Counted from the stretch's first letter, positions 37,920-48,476 are shown. The stretch: 64,000 nt of DNA from Candidatus Wolframiiraptor gerlachensis (GCA_021323375.2 JAJPCT020000023.1:1-64000); one strand, 5' to 3'. Made by a program: numbers and translations. Notes: a model not told the origin generated them from the letters alone.

Positions 37920-38525
37920 ATGCATGCTGAATTGTCTAGAGAAGGTCTTCTCGAGAAATTAAGAAAGAAGGTCGAGAATTGTAGGAAGTGTGATTTGTGG
38001 AGGACTAGGAATAGGCCTGTTTTCGGTGAGGGACCTGTTGATGCGGGGATAATAATTGTTGGCTTAGGGCCTGGGAGGCAGGAGGATCTTCAGGGAAGGC
38101 CTTTTGTCGGTGCCGCTGGCAGGTTTCTGGATCAGCTTCTGGCTGAGGCTGGCTTGAGCAGGAGCGGTATCTATATCACGAATATTATCAAGTGTTTTCT
38201 GCCCGAGAATAGGGCGACTGAGGATCAGATCAAGTCCTGCACCCCGTACCTCGATCAGCAGATCGAGGTTATTCAGCCGAGGCTGATAATAGCCTTGGGG
38301 AATGTTGCGGCGTGTTATCTGCTTGAGAAGTTTGGCTTGAGATGCGAGCCCATGGAGAGGGTTCATGGGAGGGTTTATGAGGTTTCAAGCCTGACTTTGA
38401 GCCTCCGCATAGTCCCCATGTATCATCCGGCCTCAGCTCTTAGAAATCCCGAGCTTCGAGGCAGGCTTATCGAGGATTGGAGGGAGCTTGGTAGGATTAT
38501 CAGGGATCTCGGGCTGGCGGGTTAA
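37920..38525 (+). CDS. Family 4 uracil-DNA glycosylase
   Basis: C..C.L...R, GLGPG..ED..G.PFVG, NIIKC, YHPA. Confidence 0.92.
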   Translation: MHAELSREGLLEKLRKKVENCRKCDLWRTRNRPVFGEGPVDAGIIIVGLGPGRQEDLQGRPFVGAAGRFLDQLLAEAGLSRSGIYITNIIKCFLPENRATEDQIKSCTPYLDQQIEVIQPRLIIALGNVAACYLLEKFGLRCEPMERVHGRVYEVSSLTLSLRIVPMYHPASALRNPELRGRLIEDWRELGRIIRDLGLAG

Positions 38526-38555
38526 CCTTAATACCTCGACCAGCATATTTCAATA

Positions 38556-38843
38556 TTGATGAGGGTTAAGGTGAAGTACTTCGCTTCGATGAGGGAGCTT
38601 TTCGGCGTTAGCGAGGAGGAGTATGAGATTGAGGAAGGAGCTAAGCTCGTGGACCTACTGCTCAATCACATTCCAAGGAGGCATGTACATGTGGCCGATA
38701 TTTGGAGGAGTAAGGTGGAGGGCTTCATGAAGGGCGAGGAGGCGAGCTACATAGTTATCGTGAATGGTGATAGGGCTGGGCTTGACCAGGAGCTAAAAGA
38801 TGGAGACGTGGTCGCGGTTCTCCCGCCGGTCGGCGGGGGCTGA
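38556..38843 (+). CDS. moaD: MoaD/ThiS/SAMP ubiquitin-like sulfur carrier
   Basis: VKYFA..RE, VNG, DGDVVAVLPPVGGG C-terminus; adjacent to moaE. Confidence 0.85.
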   Translation: MMRVKVKYFASMRELFGVSEEEYEIEEGAKLVDLLLNHIPRRHVHVADIWRSKVEGFMKGEEASYIVIVNGDRAGLDQELKDGDVVAVLPPVGGG

Positions 38844-38846
38844 GAA

Positions 38847-39284
38847 CTACCCCCCGGAAACCCAGTACTCCCCCTCATCAGTTATCTCCTTCTTCCATAT
38901 TGCCGCCTCTCTCTTCATCCTCTCGACCGCGTCTCTCAGCGTATTGAAAACCTCTTCTCTATGGGCTCCAGCCACCACGATGTAGACTATGTCCTCTCCA
39001 ACTGAGAGTTCTCCTACTATGTGATGTATTCTTACATCCACGATTCCAGGCCTCTCGAGTAGTTCTCGCGCGATGCGTTTTAGGCTCTTCTCGGCCTCCT
39101 CACGGTATGCCTCGAGGACCAGCTTTCTAACCCTCCCACCTCTCATGCCTCTGCATCTGACAATTCCTATGAAGCATGCGATTGCTCCCGCCTCGCCAAG
39201 CTCCGGGTTCTCTCTAACCCTCCTAAGTATCTCCACGAGGCTTATCTCGCCCTTCTCATGCACGCCGACGCTATAGGCGCCCAT
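38847..39284 (-). CDS. moaE: Molybdopterin synthase catalytic subunit
   Basis: GAIACFIGIVR, H..G.L.VG, AHR, IWKKE. Confidence 0.92.
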   Translation of the reverse strand: MGAYSVGVHEKGEISLVEILRRVRENPELGEAGAIACFIGIVRCRGMRGGRVRKLVLEAYREEAEKSLKRIARELLERPGIVDVRIHHIVGELSVGEDIVYIVVAGAHREEVFNTLRDAVERMKREAAIWKKEITDEGEYWVSGG

Positions 39285-39399
39285 AACTCCGTCTCTAATG
39301 ATGTCTTGAGCCTCCTAAGAACCTTCCTTAGGCGCTGGCCTAGGGGCTTAAGTGATTCCTTAAATAATAATTGCGTTTGGGATTATCTCAGGGCTTGGT

Positions 39400-39783
39400 T
39401 TGAGGCGTGGTCGCGGGGGCTTAAGCGAGCTTTTATCGGCACTTATCCTCCTCAGCATCTCCATAGCCGTAGCGTTCATTATGGTGTATTATCTGCCCGT
39501 CGTATCGCCTCCCAGCGTTAAGCCTTGGCTAAGGCCAACCCTGATAGCCGCGTTCAAGGACTCAGGTAACGTGAAGATCTATCTCTATAACCCACACTCA
39601 GAGAACATAAAGGTCGTTGAGGTGTGGATCGGCGGCACGAGGCTCACGCCAAGCTGCCCTGATAACGAGTGTATAATCGAGCCGAGAACACATGAGATTG
39701 CAACAATAAGCGTCTTCGGATCGGTGTCTTCCATTCTTCTGAGGTTTGATACTGGCGCTTGGATGGAGGTAAGATTTGGTTGA
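39400..39783 (+). CDS. Archaeal type IV pilin-like protein
   Basis: Class III signal-like RGRGG|LSELLSALILLSISIAVA; YLYN motif; upstream of pilus ATPase. Confidence 0.75.
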   Translation: MRRGRGGLSELLSALILLSISIAVAFIMVYYLPVVSPPSVKPWLRPTLIAAFKDSGNVKIYLYNPHSENIKVVEVWIGGTRLTPSCPDNECIIEPRTHEIATISVFGSVSSILLRFDTGAWMEVRFG

Positions 39784-39881
39784 TAGTGGGGAATTTTGAG
39801 GGTATACCTTGCTCACCCCACCCGCCTTACCCAGTTATATCTATCATGTGTTCTATGATATTGTTAGGGGAGGTGTTTTGA

Positions 39882-41219
39882 TTGGCTGAGCTGAGAGGTG
39901 AAAAGGAGGTTTCCAGGGTTTTCGCGGAGTATCACGTTGGTGATGCTGTTGTTAGGCTTAGGCAGCGGGATAACACATTGTTTTATGAGGTTGAGGAGCC
40001 TGCCTTGACGGAGAAGGTTAGGAAGCTCCTGGATCAGGCCATGGATGAGTATGTGAAGAGGGGGATTGAGCCCGAAAAGCTTGCCGAGAAGTATTCAAAG
40101 AGGCTTGGGTCATCCGAGGCCCTCGCATTCAGATATTATCTCTTGAGAGAGCTTAAGGGGTTTTCGAAGCTTCATGTCTTCATGTATGATGATCAGATAG
40201 AGGATTTCACGATAACGATGCCCGGGCCCGTGAGGCTGATCCATAGGCTTGCGCCCCATTATGAGTGGATTGAGAGTAGCGTGGTTATTGAGTCGGATGA
40301 GGAGCTGGATAGGCTAGTCAAGTTGGTGGTCGAGAGGTCTGGTGGGTCGATAACCCCCGCGAACCCTGTTGTCGAGATACTTACGCCGAGTTTTGATAGG
40401 GTTGCGGGTGTCTTGAGGGGCGAGGTCTCATTGCACTCGAGTATAACTGTCAGGAAGTTCCCGAGGCGGCCATATAGCCTTGCGAGGCTGGTGAGGCTTG
40501 GGACTCTGAACTCGGAGGTTGCAGCAGCCCTCTGGCTCGCGGTCGAGCTCAAGTGCAATATAATCATCGCGGGGCTTACTGGAAGCGGTAAGACGACTCT
40601 GCTAAACTCCCTCTTACTCCAGCTCCCCAGAAACTATAAGATCGTGACTATCGAGGAGCATCCCGAGATAAATCTCAAGGATCATCCGGGCTGGCTCCCC
40701 CTCTATGCCAGGCTTCCAACGAGCCCGGCCGCGAAGCAGACCGCCATACCATTGACGCAGCTGTTGAAGGCCGCGCTTAGGCATAGGCCGACAGTAATCG
40801 CTGTCGGTGAGGCTAGGGCTGAGGAGGTTCAGGACATGATCACGGCGGCGTCCGTGGGGCATGGGACCGCCACAACCCTCCACACAGACAACCTCGACCA
40901 CATGTTGAAGAGGCTCACAAGCCATCCCATGAACCTGAGACCCGATCAGGTGGCCCTGATAGACTACGCCGTCTTCATAGTCAGGATGCCCGACGGCAGG
41001 AGGCGTGTAAAAGAGATCTATGAGAACATATCGGGAAATTGGGAGCTCATCTACGACTATGAGAGCAGGAAGTTCAAGCTTCCGGAGAAGATAGGCCAGA
41101 AGCTCGCCACGACCCATCGGGGCCTCGAGCCTTATGAGCTGGCGGCTCTAGAGATTAGGAGGAGGGCTGAGCAGCTTAGGGCTCAGGCTAGGAGGGAGGA
41201 GGTGGTGACGGCTGTTTGA
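39882..41219 (+). CDS. Type II/IV secretion (pilus assembly) ATPase, VirB11/ArlI family
   Basis: GLTGSGKTT, TIEE..E, ALRHRP, VGEAR, GH..TTLH. Confidence 0.92.
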   Translation: MAELRGEKEVSRVFAEYHVGDAVVRLRQRDNTLFYEVEEPALTEKVRKLLDQAMDEYVKRGIEPEKLAEKYSKRLGSSEALAFRYYLLRELKGFSKLHVFMYDDQIEDFTITMPGPVRLIHRLAPHYEWIESSVVIESDEELDRLVKLVVERSGGSITPANPVVEILTPSFDRVAGVLRGEVSLHSSITVRKFPRRPYSLARLVRLGTLNSEVAAALWLAVELKCNIIIAGLTGSGKTTLLNSLLLQLPRNYKIVTIEEHPEINLKDHPGWLPLYARLPTSPAAKQTAIPLTQLLKAALRHRPTVIAVGEARAEEVQDMITAASVGHGTATTLHTDNLDHMLKRLTSHPMNLRPDQVALIDYAVFIVRMPDGRRRVKEIYENISGNWELIYDYESRKFKLPEKIGQKLATTHRGLEPYELAALEIRRRAEQLRAQARREEVVTAV

Positions 41220-42624
41220 TCAGCTCCTAGGATACCTGCTCAACATAAACACCTTAATGATTATCGCGTTGGTAGTTCTTCTAGCCCTGCTCCCGATAGC
41301 GTTAAAGAAGGAGAGGGCTGCAAGGCTCGAGGAGGAGCTCCCAATATTCCTGAGCTATCTCTATGCGAGGCTTGAGGCTGGATGGAGCTTAAGGAGGGCT
41401 CTGGAGGCTGCGGCGGCTGAGAAGACGCTCATGCCGACATTCCATGAGGAGGCCGCGAGGATAATCAGGCTGGCTGAAAGGAAGGGTGATTTGCCGGGAG
41501 CTCTACTCGATTACAAGACGCCGAGCCCGAGGGTCACGAATATTCTCAGGTCGATTGGTGAGGAGGCTTTTACAGGCTTCGACCCGGCTACGAGGGTTCA
41601 GGTCCTGCTCTGGGATGAGGAGGAGTATGCCGCCGAGCGGGCTAGGAAGAAGGCTGAGAGCGCGGAGAACTTGGCCGAGGCGAGCCTAACCGTTATGATC
41701 CTCATTCCATTATTCATATCATTCACGGCGTTCTTCGGCGGGAGCCTCGAGCTAATCTTCCCAATAGTCGTGTTATCCTCGATCGCGACATACATAGCCT
41801 CTGTGGCCCTCCAAGGCGTACCGATAGTAATTCTCTCGTCTAAGGTTAGGAGGATTATACCAGCTCAGCTCGCCTTGATAGCCGCCGCGATCGCCATCTC
41901 GATCCCAGTGAGGGGGTTCTCGCTCGCCAATCCGATGATATACCTTGGATTGGGTGCTGGGCTGGTAGTTCTCTCGATACCGGCAAGCCATGAGGTTAGG
42001 AAGGCGATCTCGGAGATGGAGGGTGGGCATCTGCTGGCGCAGGGATTGGCCACGAAGCTCCAGCTCGGCTACCCGGTCGAGAGATCGTTCCAGCTCATCC
42101 GAGATGGGAGGGTTGTGGAGCAGGTTAGGAGGATCTCGCTGGGGATTGAGACCGATCCGAGGAGTAGGCAGCTCCACCTCGTCCTCTCGACGATCAAGGT
42201 TGTGAGGGATAGCGGTGCTGGCGGTAAGGCGCTCGAGATCGTGGCCAGGACTGCTCAGAGGCTCTACCACGCCTACCGGGATCTACGAAGCAGGCTCAGA
42301 TTCTATGAGATAATCAGTATGACAGCCGGCCCTATAGTCCTAGTAATGAGCTTCGCGATAACTAGGCCTCTTAAGGAGTTCTCCGCGAGATATGCTGCCA
42401 CGGCGGCGGAGGGCGGTATGAGCATCCAGCTAGCCCCCCTCTTCGGCGGAGTCGCCCTCGAGAATATTGGATCTCTCCTGCTTCCAGTAAGCATTCTCCT
42501 AGCCCTAATTCTCGGGCTAGCGGTCTCGAAGCTCTGCGACCACACCGTGGCCAGCACTTGGAGGTCTGGGGTCGGCGTTATTGCCACTACCTTGATATAC
42601 CTGGCTTTAGAGCCCTATTGGTGA
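41212..42624 (+). CDS. TadC/ArlJ-like pilus platform membrane protein (possible CTG start at 41212)
   Basis: EEELPIFL..L...AG.SL..AL T2SSF-like motif, many TMs, overlaps ATPase stop. Confidence 0.8.
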   Translation: MFDQLLGYLLNINTLMIIALVVLLALLPIALKKERAARLEEELPIFLSYLYARLEAGWSLRRALEAAAAEKTLMPTFHEEAARIIRLAERKGDLPGALLDYKTPSPRVTNILRSIGEEAFTGFDPATRVQVLLWDEEEYAAERARKKAESAENLAEASLTVMILIPLFISFTAFFGGSLELIFPIVVLSSIATYIASVALQGVPIVILSSKVRRIIPAQLALIAAAIAISIPVRGFSLANPMIYLGLGAGLVVLSIPASHEVRKAISEMEGGHLLAQGLATKLQLGYPVERSFQLIRDGRVVEQVRRISLGIETDPRSRQLHLVLSTIKVVRDSGAGGKALEIVARTAQRLYHAYRDLRSRLRFYEIISMTAGPIVLVMSFAITRPLKEFSARYAATAAEGGMSIQLAPLFGGVALENIGSLLLPVSILLALILGLAVSKLCDHTVASTWRSGVGVIATTLIYLALEPYW

Positions 42625-42646
42625 GATGCGTTAAGGGTAGAGGGAA

Positions 42647-43747
42647 ATGAGTCCAACTAATATCCTCCAACTCCTGCAAAGGCTCGAGGTCCTGATAATC
42701 ATAGCGGCATCCATAGCGGTGATCTTAACCGTGATTATAATGTTGAGGAAGGGGAGGGGTGAAAAGAGGTCGAGCGCCTTTGAGGAGGAGCTGGATTCCA
42801 TTAAGGTGACCTCGGGACTCGAGGAGGCTGTGGGGGAAGAGAAGCCGGCGCCCGTGGAGAAGGGTGCGGGGGAGCTCTCCGAGGAGGAGCTTTCCAAGCT
42901 CGAGGCAAGAGTCATAGAATCTCTGATGATTAGGGGTGCTCTTAGGCCCCTCCCGATCCCTGGCAGCAAGGAGGGTGGCCATTACCCGGAGCTCGCGGGA
43001 GTCTCGGAGAAGGATGCACAGCGCGTGATCAGGGGGCTTCTCGAGAAGGGCCTCGTAATCGAGGCTGAGAGAGAATTCTCGGCAGTCGCCTGCCCAATAT
43101 GCGGCTCATGCATGCAAGTAGCATTCATCTCATGTAGGAACTGCGGCTCATTCAAGGTTGAAGAGACGAGATACTATAGGCATACATGCGGCTACATTGG
43201 GCCCGAGTCAAGCTTCAAGACAAAGCTTGGGTTCATCTGCCCATACTGCAGGGGGACAGAGAACATAGAGGCTTATTATAGGAGGTATCGGTGCCCTGAT
43301 TGTGGGGCCGAGTTCGAGGAGCCTAATATCGCGTTCAGGTGCGGGTCATGCGGCTCACTCTATGATGAGCAAACTATGGAGATCAAGCCCTTCAGGAGGA
43401 TAGAGTCATCGAGGGAGATGCTGGCCGAGTATGAGAAGGTGAGCAATGCTGTCAATAAACAGATCGAGCTCCTGAAGCAGCGGGGATATGAGGTTGAGAG
43501 GCCTGTAAGCCTAGTGGGGGAGTCCGGCGTCATCCACAAGTTCGATGCGGTTGCCAAGAGGGATGATGAGACCATAGCAGTTGTATCATCCCTCGGCGAA
43601 CCCCTGACACAGGTCTTGATAAGGCTTGGCGTGGCTAGAAGCGACCTAAAGCTAAGCAAGATAATTCTCGTGACAAACAATAAGCCAACCGCAACGGAGA
43701 GGGAGTTCGCAAGGAGCCTCGGAATAGAGATCGTGGAGGCGGCTTAG
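42647..43747 (+). CDS. Membrane-anchored multi-zinc-ribbon (TackOD1-like) protein with C-terminal restriction-endonuclease-like fold
   Basis: N-terminal TM; CPIC, CRNC, H.CG, CPYC, CPDC, CGSC; GESGVIHKFD motif. Confidence 0.72.
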   Translation: MSPTNILQLLQRLEVLIIIAASIAVILTVIIMLRKGRGEKRSSAFEEELDSIKVTSGLEEAVGEEKPAPVEKGAGELSEEELSKLEARVIESLMIRGALRPLPIPGSKEGGHYPELAGVSEKDAQRVIRGLLEKGLVIEAEREFSAVACPICGSCMQVAFISCRNCGSFKVEETRYYRHTCGYIGPESSFKTKLGFICPYCRGTENIEAYYRRYRCPDCGAEFEEPNIAFRCGSCGSLYDEQTMEIKPFRRIESSREMLAEYEKVSNAVNKQIELLKQRGYEVERPVSLVGESGVIHKFDAVAKRDDETIAVVSSLGEPLTQVLIRLGVARSDLKLSKIILVTNNKPTATEREFARSLGIEIVEAA

Positions 43748-43748
43748 G

Positions 43749-46301
43749 CTATTGAGCCTCCATCCTCGCAGAGGCTCTGACCCTTTTAATGATTATTCTC
43801 AGGATTACCGGTATTGCTATCACGGCTGCCAGCGCTGACACGAGTATTATGAAATCTTGGAATGAGAGTATGAGGCCGAGGAGGTTTAAGGCCTCAAGCT
43901 CTATTATAGCGGTCTCTCCTGGGCGGATGATCCTGCTCATCTTTAGCGGGCCATGCCAGACCTCCAGCTGATACACGCCAAGATATGGTATCCCTGAGAA
44001 TACTACAACTCCATCAGGGCCCGATCTCCCCTCACCTAGGATGATGCCTGAGACCTGTAGCCTTGCGGATACTCCGGGGAGCGGGTTCCCGAGCATGTCA
44101 ACCACCTTAATAGCAATCCCCGTCAGCCTAGCCTCAATCTCGATGGGCTCTCCGGCGAATGTAACATTCCCGGAGAATATTGGGATCGTTGCTCCAGGAT
44201 AGTATATCTTCAGGCTATAGTTCGCGAAAGGCATTAGGCTGAAGACTATCATGCCCTGCTTATTCGTGAGGCCCTCAGCCTTCAGGCCGGCGGGGCCCAT
44301 TAACACGACCCTAGCATTGGAGACTGGCGCGCCGCCGCTCCAGAATATTCTAAGCACCATATCTTTCACCGGCAGCTCGATCACATTAATGCCCGCAAGC
44401 TCCTCGATGCTCGTATTCAATGAGCGGAGCGGCAGGTTCCGCTCATCCAAGATCACGAGGCTGCATGAGCCGCGTGGAACAAGCTCTATGGCAATCGAAT
44501 CGGATTGCCGCCTCACCTCATGCTTATGGCCGGATGGGTCTATGAGGATCCAGAATGCAGAGAATGGCCGCCCATCAGCTGTCTTGAGCTCAATCCTGAT
44601 ATTATACACGTCAGCCGTTATGTTCCAAGATCCGGAGCCTGAGACGACTATCCGGTTATCATACACCTCGATACCCTTCCACATTATCTTGACGCGATAC
44701 TCTCCTTCTGGGATGCCTGGGAAACTCACATATCCCCAGCGATCAGCCCTAGCCTCAATGCCGCCAAGCATCACCGAGGCGTTGCCGAGCTCAATACCAT
44801 CCCTTGAGCATATATGAAGTGTTATCGAGTGCAGGGGTAGCTGGAGCTCCGAGAGCCTCCCCGGCTGGAAGACCCCTGAAGCCTCGGCGCATGTCCTGAA
44901 TACAGGGGAGCAGTTTAACGCATGCACATGATAATAGCCCACTACTACCTGGGTTATGTTCAGAAGACCTGAGCTTGAGTACAGCCTCGTCTCGGGCAGC
45001 GCTCCCCGGGGGTCGAGCACCGTGAAGTTCACGGCTAGTGGTGATCCACCACTATCAACAGCCTGAACAAGCAGATCATCAACCGGGAGAATCAGCTTGA
45101 GCTTGGGCTCCTTGATCTCCGGCGAGATCGTCGGGTGATATCCAATCCAAACACATTCATCTAGAAGCTTTACACCCATCCAGTATGCTTGTAGGGAGTG
45201 GTTTCCATTCGGGACTAGCTGATATAATGTTAAGCCGTTCTCGGTAATCACCTCAACCCCATCCAAGACTATCCTCGCGCCATTCAGCGGCCTCTCCCTC
45301 AAATCAAGCACCCTAACCTCTACGTTGAAGAGAAGCGTTCTAACACCCTTTGATGCGAGATCATAAGCCGTATGATGGCCTATGTGCACAAGCGGCGACT
45401 CCTGCAAGAAGAGGCTGCTATTCCAGTATACTCTCACCTCATAATCATCCTCCTTAAGCCTGTAGATTCTTATCGTTCCATTATCTGGGGTGATATACTC
45501 CCTGACATCATAATAGTGCATGAGCCTCCTAATCACGACCCTGGCGCCAGAGATCGGGTTTAAGCCATCATAGTCCGTTACCGTGAGGTTAAAGCTCCTA
45601 TAGGGCTGGATCTCGAAGGGCCCATGAGTTGGGTAAGCCTCGAGGGTGTAATCTATCCACCCGGGATAATGGACCCTCAGATCCATGACCGGCTTGAGAA
45701 GCCGCTCTTCCGGGTATATGTCCGGTGGAATGAATATGTTGAACTCGAGCACTATGGATGATCCGGGGCTACGTCCGTTAAGTATGTAATCTATGGGGTT
45801 GAAGGCCTTAAGCTCAACATTAGCATCAGCCCTAAATGCCCAATCCCTCCCAGGATACTTCTTCCAAGGGAACCAGAGTAAGACATGATAGAGCTTTATG
45901 GACTTTCCTTGGCAAGCTTCTTTTATCGTCAGCTTCGCATCAAAGTACACCTGGCCTCCAAAGCCATAAGCATTCTCTATCTTGTAATCATAATCCTTTA
46001 TCCAGCCGCTTTCGTTCATCTCCTGAGCCCTCTTCAGGATAAGCTCGAGATACTGCTCAGGGATTCCTTTAAACTCTTTTTCGAAGGGTTTATCCGAGGG
46101 CTGCCTTGAGGAGCAATCCATATTCGTTATGTTTGCTTTCAGCTTCCCCCACTCGCCCATGTACAATTCTGCTGGAATGAGCTCGATTGAGAAGTCCCAT
46201 GTTGGCTGCGCGTTTGACGGTGTTATAGCTAGCTGGAGCGCGGAGAGGAGGGAGGATGATACTAGGAGACAGAGGAGGATCATGGAAATGCTGGGGCGCA
46301 T
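43749..46301 (-). CDS. Large cell-surface protein with repeated carboxypeptidase-regulatory-like beta domains
   Basis: Signal peptide, repeated V.D..G.PL..A.V / G.Y units, C-terminal TM with basic tail. Confidence 0.78.
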   Translation of the reverse strand: MRPSISMILLCLLVSSSLLSALQLAITPSNAQPTWDFSIELIPAELYMGEWGKLKANITNMDCSSRQPSDKPFEKEFKGIPEQYLELILKRAQEMNESGWIKDYDYKIENAYGFGGQVYFDAKLTIKEACQGKSIKLYHVLLWFPWKKYPGRDWAFRADANVELKAFNPIDYILNGRSPGSSIVLEFNIFIPPDIYPEERLLKPVMDLRVHYPGWIDYTLEAYPTHGPFEIQPYRSFNLTVTDYDGLNPISGARVVIRRLMHYYDVREYITPDNGTIRIYRLKEDDYEVRVYWNSSLFLQESPLVHIGHHTAYDLASKGVRTLLFNVEVRVLDLRERPLNGARIVLDGVEVITENGLTLYQLVPNGNHSLQAYWMGVKLLDECVWIGYHPTISPEIKEPKLKLILPVDDLLVQAVDSGGSPLAVNFTVLDPRGALPETRLYSSSGLLNITQVVVGYYHVHALNCSPVFRTCAEASGVFQPGRLSELQLPLHSITLHICSRDGIELGNASVMLGGIEARADRWGYVSFPGIPEGEYRVKIMWKGIEVYDNRIVVSGSGSWNITADVYNIRIELKTADGRPFSAFWILIDPSGHKHEVRRQSDSIAIELVPRGSCSLVILDERNLPLRSLNTSIEELAGINVIELPVKDMVLRIFWSGGAPVSNARVVLMGPAGLKAEGLTNKQGMIVFSLMPFANYSLKIYYPGATIPIFSGNVTFAGEPIEIEARLTGIAIKVVDMLGNPLPGVSARLQVSGIILGEGRSGPDGVVVFSGIPYLGVYQLEVWHGPLKMSRIIRPGETAIIELEALNLLGLILSFQDFIILVSALAAVIAIPVILRIIIKRVRASARMEAQ

Positions 46302-46637
46302 GGCCTTCTAACATGAATATAGCGGCTAGAGATAAGCTTAGCAGTCCGGGATTTCTCGAGCAAATTTTATATATAATCTGCGAGATGATTATCCAAGCGC
46401 TCCAGGGGCGAATAATGATGAACCATGCTGGACATGCTTGCTTGAGCCATTTCAACAGCCTCTGGAGCTACTGGTATTTTGGCTTCTATTATTTTGCCCT
46501 GGCGTAAGGCCAGGGCCCCGTGCATGATTCCTTGGTTCTGGAGGTGTTCTGCATGCCTGGGGTCCACTCTGTAGATCTTCCGGAGTATTGGTTTGGGCTT
46601 GACGCGCCCATAGTTTACATTCTATGGTTTTTGGGAG

Positions 46638-47441
46638 GTGATGGGTATGGTTTGGGGGAAGAGGGTTAGATTAAGTAGGATAATGGAGTCGGGCAAGATG
46701 GTTTGTGTGCCGATGGATCATGGAGTCAGTTCTGGGCCATTGAAGGGCATCGATAGGATAAGGGAGATGATAAGGATGCTGGAGTCTGCTGGTGTTACCG
46801 CCATACTGATCCATAAGGGGATTATCAAGAGCTTGGATGAGCCCCCGAGGACGGGCTTGATAATGCATGCCTCTGCTAGCACGAGCCTCTCCACCTCGCC
46901 GAACTGGAAGGTGAGAGTCGCATCCGTCGAGGAGGCCATCAGACTTGGGGCCGACGCCGTCTCAGTCCACGTAAACATCGGGAATAGGGATGAGCAGGAT
47001 ATGCTGAGAAAGCTCGGCGCGATCGCTGATGAGTGCGATGCATGGGGAGTCCCATTGATAGCGATGATGTATCCGCGTGGTGAGAATATCAAGGATCCAA
47101 ATGACCCGCAGGTGATAGCTCATATTGCGAGGGTTGGCGCGGAGCTCGGTGCTGACATAGTCAAGGTGCCGATGCCATCCTTCAACCCAGATGATATTCG
47201 GGTGATAACCGAGAGCTGCCCGGTCCCGGTTGTCGCAGCTGGAGGCCCGAAGATGGATGATGACAGAAAGGTTCTGGAGCTCGCGAAGGCCGTCGTGGAT
47301 GCTGGTGGAGCCGGCGTCACATTCGGGAGAAACGTCTTCCAGCATGAGAGACCGGATGCTATCGCCAGAGCGCTTAGGGCCGTCGTGATCGAAGGCAAGA
47401 GCGTCGAGGATGCCATGATGATTCTGAGGGAGCGGCGATGA
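46638..47441 (+). CDS. 2-amino-3,7-dideoxy-D-threo-hept-6-ulosonate synthase (AroA', class I aldolase)
   Basis: PMDHG, HKG, MMYPRG, ELGADIVK, GRNVFQ; first gene of aro operon. Confidence 0.9.
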   Translation: MMGMVWGKRVRLSRIMESGKMVCVPMDHGVSSGPLKGIDRIREMIRMLESAGVTAILIHKGIIKSLDEPPRTGLIMHASASTSLSTSPNWKVRVASVEEAIRLGADAVSVHVNIGNRDEQDMLRKLGAIADECDAWGVPLIAMMYPRGENIKDPNDPQVIAHIARVGAELGADIVKVPMPSFNPDDIRVITESCPVPVVAAGGPKMDDDRKVLELAKAVVDAGGAGVTFGRNVFQHERPDAIARALRAVVIEGKSVEDAMMILRERR

Positions 47442-48472
47442 GAAAGGAGATAATCATCGCGCTATCCAAGCCTGATGAGAGGATCCTCGAGAGAGCGGTT
47501 GCAAGAGGCATCAAGGCGGTCTACATCGATCCTGAAAAGATTCCTCAGAGGTTTCGCGGCAAGGTCGAGGTCTATCATGAGTCCGAGTCAGCTGACTGGA
47601 GGGTTGTCAGGGACTTGTCAAGCATCTCGGAAAATGTTGTTCCCGAGATAGTGCTTAGGGGTCCTGAGGATTATGAGAGGATAATTGCGGCGGCGAGAAT
47701 GGGCGCCAAGAGCATTATAGTAAGGGCTGAGGATCTGAGGATAATAGCGCTTGAGAATCTAATAGCTGACTTGGCGCCGCTGGGGACGAGGATTATCGCG
47801 GCCGCGTCGCCGCTTGAGATCGAGACGCTCTCCGGAGTTCTCGAGAAGGGTGTTGATGGCATCATAGTCTCCGTTAACAGTCCGGACGAGGTTGATCTTG
47901 TGGTGGATCAGGTCTTAGCCCCCAGCAGGCTTGAGCTGGGCGAGGCGGAGGTCGTCGAGGTCAGGGATGTTGGGCTGGGCGAGAGGGCATGCATAGATAC
48001 CACGTCAATCCTCAGCGCTGGTGAGGGCATGCTTGTCGGGAGCACGTCAAGCCTGCTAGCCCTCATACATAATGAGAGCCCAGGATCCGCGCTCACGGCT
48101 CCGAGGCCCTTCAGGGTTAATGCTGGTGCGATTCACTCGTATACGCTGGCGCCCGATGGCTCCACCAAGTATCTCTCGGAGCTGAGGGCTGGCGATAGGG
48201 TTCTCATAGTCTCCAAGAGGGGTGCTAGGGTCGTGTCTATCGGAAGGGTGAAGATCGAGCGGAGGCCGCTGCGGCTCATCAGGATCGGGATGGGAGATAT
48301 TGAGGGTTCCGTGATAATCCAGAACGCTGAGACGATAATGCTCCTCGCGCCCGATGAGGCGCTTATACCCGCGACCGAGATCAAGCCGGGTGACAGGATC
48401 CTCGCGCATACACCGAAGGTCAAGGCGAGACACTTTGGGAGAGCTGTGGACGAGTTCATAATCGAGAGGTGA
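47438..48472 (+). CDS. 3-dehydroquinate synthase II (AroB')
   Basis: RACIDT, GEGMLVGS, RPFRVNAG..HSY, GRVKIERRPL, RHFG. Confidence 0.92.
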   Translation: MRKEIIIALSKPDERILERAVARGIKAVYIDPEKIPQRFRGKVEVYHESESADWRVVRDLSSISENVVPEIVLRGPEDYERIIAAARMGAKSIIVRAEDLRIIALENLIADLAPLGTRIIAAASPLEIETLSGVLEKGVDGIIVSVNSPDEVDLVVDQVLAPSRLELGEAEVVEVRDVGLGERACIDTTSILSAGEGMLVGSTSSLLALIHNESPGSALTAPRPFRVNAGAIHSYTLAPDGSTKYLSELRAGDRVLIVSKRGARVVSIGRVKIERRPLRLIRIGMGDIEGSVIIQNAETIMLLAPDEALIPATEIKPGDRILAHTPKVKARHFGRAVDEFIIER

Positions 48473-48476
48473 TCAA

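Noticed and set aside
46414-46470. ATGATGA as a possible second C/D sRNA
   Set aside because: No properly spaced CTGA D box.
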